A DNA stretch of 63,999 nucleotides, the filler included, from Bigelowiella natans CCMP2755 (taxonomy: Eukaryota > Protista > Cercozoa), in assembly GCA_000320545.1 (NCBI GenBank). It is 9 parts of 9 records of this genome, joined end to end, with 100 filler letters (N's around TTAATTAATTAA, not from the genome) between each part and the next. Parts side by side here need not be neighbours in the genome. Positions count along the whole stretch, not along the records: positions 62,999 to 63,999 come from ADNK01001174.1; 8 more parts are not named here. One strand, given 5' to 3'. Made by a program: the position numbers and the translations under genes. The stretch's first letter is position 1; every line of letters starts with the position of its first letter. The notes below the pieces were generated by a model. The model saw only the letters and a list, made by a program, of their open reading frames with translations, ran no database searches and was not told the origin of the DNA. Below are positions 63,029-63,999 of this stretch, piece by piece.

Positions 63029-63419
63029 TTTATCCGATTCGACGATCTTGTGGTGGGTGCGGATATCTGCGTGTTGATGGGTGTGCGCACGCACGTGCTA
63101 CCTGTTTTCCGCTCTTGGAGAGGGTGTTTCTCTCGCGATTTAACAGGTCTATCTTGCCGGTAAGACCTCGCCACGTTTCATCGAGCTCAATAATCTTTTC
63201 GACGAGCTTCGGATCGTTTCCACGCCGCTTTTCAGATTCAATGATCTAAAGGCAGCGAAGAATTAGCGATTTGTTTGGTGCGCAAGTGGTTGTTGTTGGG
63301 GGGGAGAATGGAAGAGGCGGCGCGGGGGGGGGAGCGCGCAAATCATTAGAAGTTTCAATCCGCACCTTATCAGGGTCTCCGCCCTTAAACTTGCGAAAAT
63401 CGTCGAGATCGAGGACCAT
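63029..63419 (-). CDS. SARS: Cytosolic seryl-tRNA synthetase, 5' fragment
   Basis: MVLDLDDFRKFKGGDPDK/IIESEKRRGNDPKLVEKIIELDETWR... matches the eukaryotic SerRS N-terminus; GT-AG introns in phase. Confidence 0.88.
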
Positions 63420-63999
63420 CTTTGACTTGTGGGAAGCTTCTTAGAGGGGGGGCTGGGTTCTCTCCGCGTCCGTCTGTCGGAGAATTGCTTCGCGCATTGG
63501 CGCCGTAGCCATGTCGCAGATTAAATATCTCATGTATTTATAACTTCATAGAAGTACCTGAATATTGTTACTGCGACAATGATTGATGTGACAGAGCGGG
63601 GAAATTTCCGGAATTTTCTTTCGGCAATGGTGTGGAATGCCAAGACGAAGATGTTTCACGAAGAGTTTAAAAACAATATTATAGGAGTCAAATTTTTTAT
63701 TCCGACATAAGATAGGAATGGAATGTTGATTATTTTTAGGGTATTATGGCCTCCACAATTCCGTGGTGTGCTCTGATCTTTCCAAAGAGAAAGCGAGACA
63801 TTAAAAGCGTCGGGGGAAATTACCATTATGCTACCAGGGATAATAAACTTTAAAAATGGAGCCATATTTTTAGTACCTACGACATAATTAATCAAACTTG
63901 TCTTTTCTATTTCAAATCAAAAGCTTGCATTCTGAATTCTTCGTGGCTGCTCCGCCCCCTTCAACCCTTCCTCCCTATCCCCCTTTCCCCCCTCTATTT

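Noticed and set aside
63420-63512. In-frame upstream ATG as an organelle-targeting extension of SerRS
   Set aside because: An in-frame TAA lies between this ATG and the conserved start.

Overview
Eukaryotic, microsatellite-rich genomic DNA. It is not one locus: nine contigs are joined by eight artificial 100-bp spacers (N44-TTAATTAATTAA-N44), so adjacency across spacers is meaningless. Recognisable genes, mostly multi-exon and several truncated by contig ends: a PPR protein with a signal-plus-transit-like leader, a SAM protein, a myosin with a C-terminal MyTH4 domain, an Nbp35-like Fe-S scaffold, DNAAF5, a SAM plus mitochondrial-carrier-like protein, a TDP2-like EEP protein, a COG0523/CobW GTPase, an HSPA12-like Hsp70, a DUF547 plus MsrB-like fusion, an RRM protein, seryl-tRNA synthetase, and the 3' half of a Ty1/Copia retrotransposon. 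TTAGGG repeats, a flagellar assembly gene and the bipartite leader suggest a flagellated alga with a secondary plastid (inference only). The most striking signal is not a gene. At least five 0.5-1.1 kb tracts (6394-7455, 17320-18270, 23560-24298, 33047-34010, 60465-60966) have lost almost all TpA dinucleotides except inside CTAG, while CpG is retained. Repeat copies shared between tracts differ by TA/CA/TG at equivalent positions. This looks like a localised, context-specific A:T to G:C hypermutation process, a mirror image of fungal RIP. All counts were made by eye.
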